A stretch of DNA of 64,000 bases. It comes from Haliotis cracherodii. Taxonomy: Eukaryota. This document shows, in pieces, positions 61,875-64,000 of the stretch; position 1 is the first letter of the stretch, and every line of letters begins with the position of its first letter. The notes beneath the pieces were generated by a model. It was not told the DNA's origin. It saw only the letters and a list, made by a program, of their open reading frames with translations, and searched no databases. The stretch is from contig NW_027266297.1 in the NCBI RefSeq assembly GCF_022045235.1, forward strand, positions 23,312,001-23,376,000, in the 5' to 3' direction. A program made the position numbers and the translations under genes.

Positions 61875-64000
61875 ATATATTTTGTTAAGTGAGTCCGTTT
61901 TTTCATGTATTTACACCAGACGGTCCCGGTCAGTTTCAACAATTTAAACATCCGAAATAAGTACGATCCGACAATTGCAATCGGGCGTGTTAATAACTTA
62001 CAAGTGAATGTGCAAATGTTGTTAGAGGATGCATAGTGATTGACTGTTTCTACATTGTAACAGTATATTCAAAAAATAATTATTGAATGCTTATTTGCTA
62101 TATTTATCAAAACATAACGTGAAAATGGCATATATTCCATCGATCCGATCATAATTTGAGTTCCAAATGACAAACTTCAGTTGTAACAAACGCACGTGCT
62201 ACAATCGGAACTGTTGAGCAACAAAGTCTACGAAACGAGATTTTCCGACTGCTCCCGGGGGCGGAAGATGCGCAGTGTTCGACTCGAAGATATGTAGCCG
62301 CCATGTTTGCTTTGTAATAGTTAGAATCGATTTGTCGACGAATAACCAAATTGAAAACTACAACAAGTGATTTATTATCGTTTGTGTAGATAGTCAACGA
62401 AGATACACGCCCTACGTTGATGAAAAGCTCATTATGAGCTCAGAAGGAACTCGAGATGTGGATGCTAAAGGTAGCGAATTTTTCCCGAACCTAAAGGTTT
62501 AGGTCTAATTTCCAAGTTAATCCCTAATCACGTTATTTATCGTATGCTTTAAGACTATCATACTTGAAATACAACAGTGGAAGGTGTCAACCTCTACGTG
62601 AACACATTGACGAATGTTTCAACCATCCACGAACGTCTTTAGCCTACACTCTCAGTGTGTCAGGGATTTATCTTTAGGGTTACGTTTTAATGGCATCGGA
62701 GTGTATTTATCAGCAGCGTTAACCCTCATGGTGCCTGGACGTCAGTCAGCCTGCAAACCGCTCAGTGCCGCACTATGCTGACGTCGCGGTTACAAAAACG
62801 TATACATTGTATCAAAAGTGTTGCAACGTCTTTATTTCTTCACACAATGTAACCAAATTGTATAACATGCAACTTGAGTTGATTGTCTTTCCAACAGTTT
62901 CTAAAGTCACCAAATCCAAAAGATCTATGCACTGCCCAGCCTTCGATAAATGTGGTGGTATTATAAGTTTCCTACTTTTCCACATTAATCGTAATATGGA
63001 CGCTCCCGAATATGGCAAGCAAAGTCAAGTAAGCGCCCTTGTTTGAAATCTAAATGACCAATAATTCATATCATTGGCAAGTACGTGTCCTAACAGTGAT
63101 AGACATATGATATTTATGTTGAAGTACACATTCACTGAGAATTTTCCGTGAGTTATATTTACCGATAAAAAAACCCGATGAAATTGTGCGTGTTTTTGAC
63201 GTCAAAACAAAATTGACGGAAGTGGTCGTGATTAATTCATACGCAGATCGTTTCAAAGATTATGTCACAAAACGAATGACAGTTTGGAATGTATATCGTG
63301 AAGAAATCCCAGTTACGTCCATGTATGTTTCAATGACCGTGCTCTTTTATTAGCGATAAAATCAACTTCCGGGTAATTGACATCGTACATTTTCAAAGGA
63401 CAAAATGTGAAAGATCGCTAAACAGCCCTGACAATACTCAAATTGACATCGCTCAATATCGGGCATCATTGTTATTTCTTAATAATTAACAAGATTATAC
63501 TAACGTAATACCACCCAAGAGTAAGTACATGTAGATTCAATCAAAACTGTTGAAACGTTTTCATGGGCAGCAAATCTATTCAACAAACCTATTTTCGATC
63601 ACTCGCAACTCGGGCGCCATATGTCATTGTTTCACTATGAACACCAGAAAACATACATCCTCGTATCAGCTCGTATTTCGCACTTGGCTGCCTAACTTAG
63701 ACCTTTGCTCAAAATATACTTGTATGGCCAGTCCATGAAATACCACTTTTTCTTTCATTTATTCATTTGATTTATAAATACGACTTTAGAAGTGTATTTA
63801 CACCTATAGCTAGGTATGTACATGTACATTAAAGGACATACGTGATAGTTTATTTCCACTAGTTTCCCATTCCATCCCATTCTACTGAAGGAAAAGTTTG
63901 AAATAGATAATGATCGTAGGTCAATGAAAGTAATGGAATTATTTGTCATAAAAGGAAAAATATATTCTTGGTATTGAACTCCGAAAATTTAACCAGCAAA

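Noticed and set aside
62149-62397. 82-aa minus-strand ORF as a gene
   Set aside because: No recognisable domain and no clear donor; not enough support.

Overview
Intron-rich animal genomic DNA, not prokaryotic. The repeat families suggest a mollusc, possibly a gastropod such as abalone (inference). By reading splice sites and codon phases I could assemble five protein-coding genes. (1) ORC1 (-): 13 exons in the window, 3' end runs off the left edge. (2) PRPF38A (+): 8 exons, head-to-head with ORC1 as in human. (3) A single-coding-exon, death-effector-domain-only gene (-). (4) SAS-6/SASS6 (+): 16 exons. (5) RWDD3/RSUME (-): 4 exons. Introns hold at least four SINE families that share a 3' tail, many MITEs (hAT, P-like, Kolobok-like, Tc1/pogo-like), a decayed Tc1 transposase and several minisatellites. 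A 132-nt assembly gap lies at 61268-61399. The most unusual observations are: three independent tandem arrays whose unit is an exon end plus its 5' splice site (up to ~70 copies); an abundant TSD-flanked retroposon with no tRNA head whose sharp 5' end folds into a pseudoknotted junction (candidate self-cleaving RNA or RNA processing element); and a locally duplicated inverted repeat bracketing the largest ORC1 exon. Most short ORFs in the supplied track are chance ORFs in repeats or introns.
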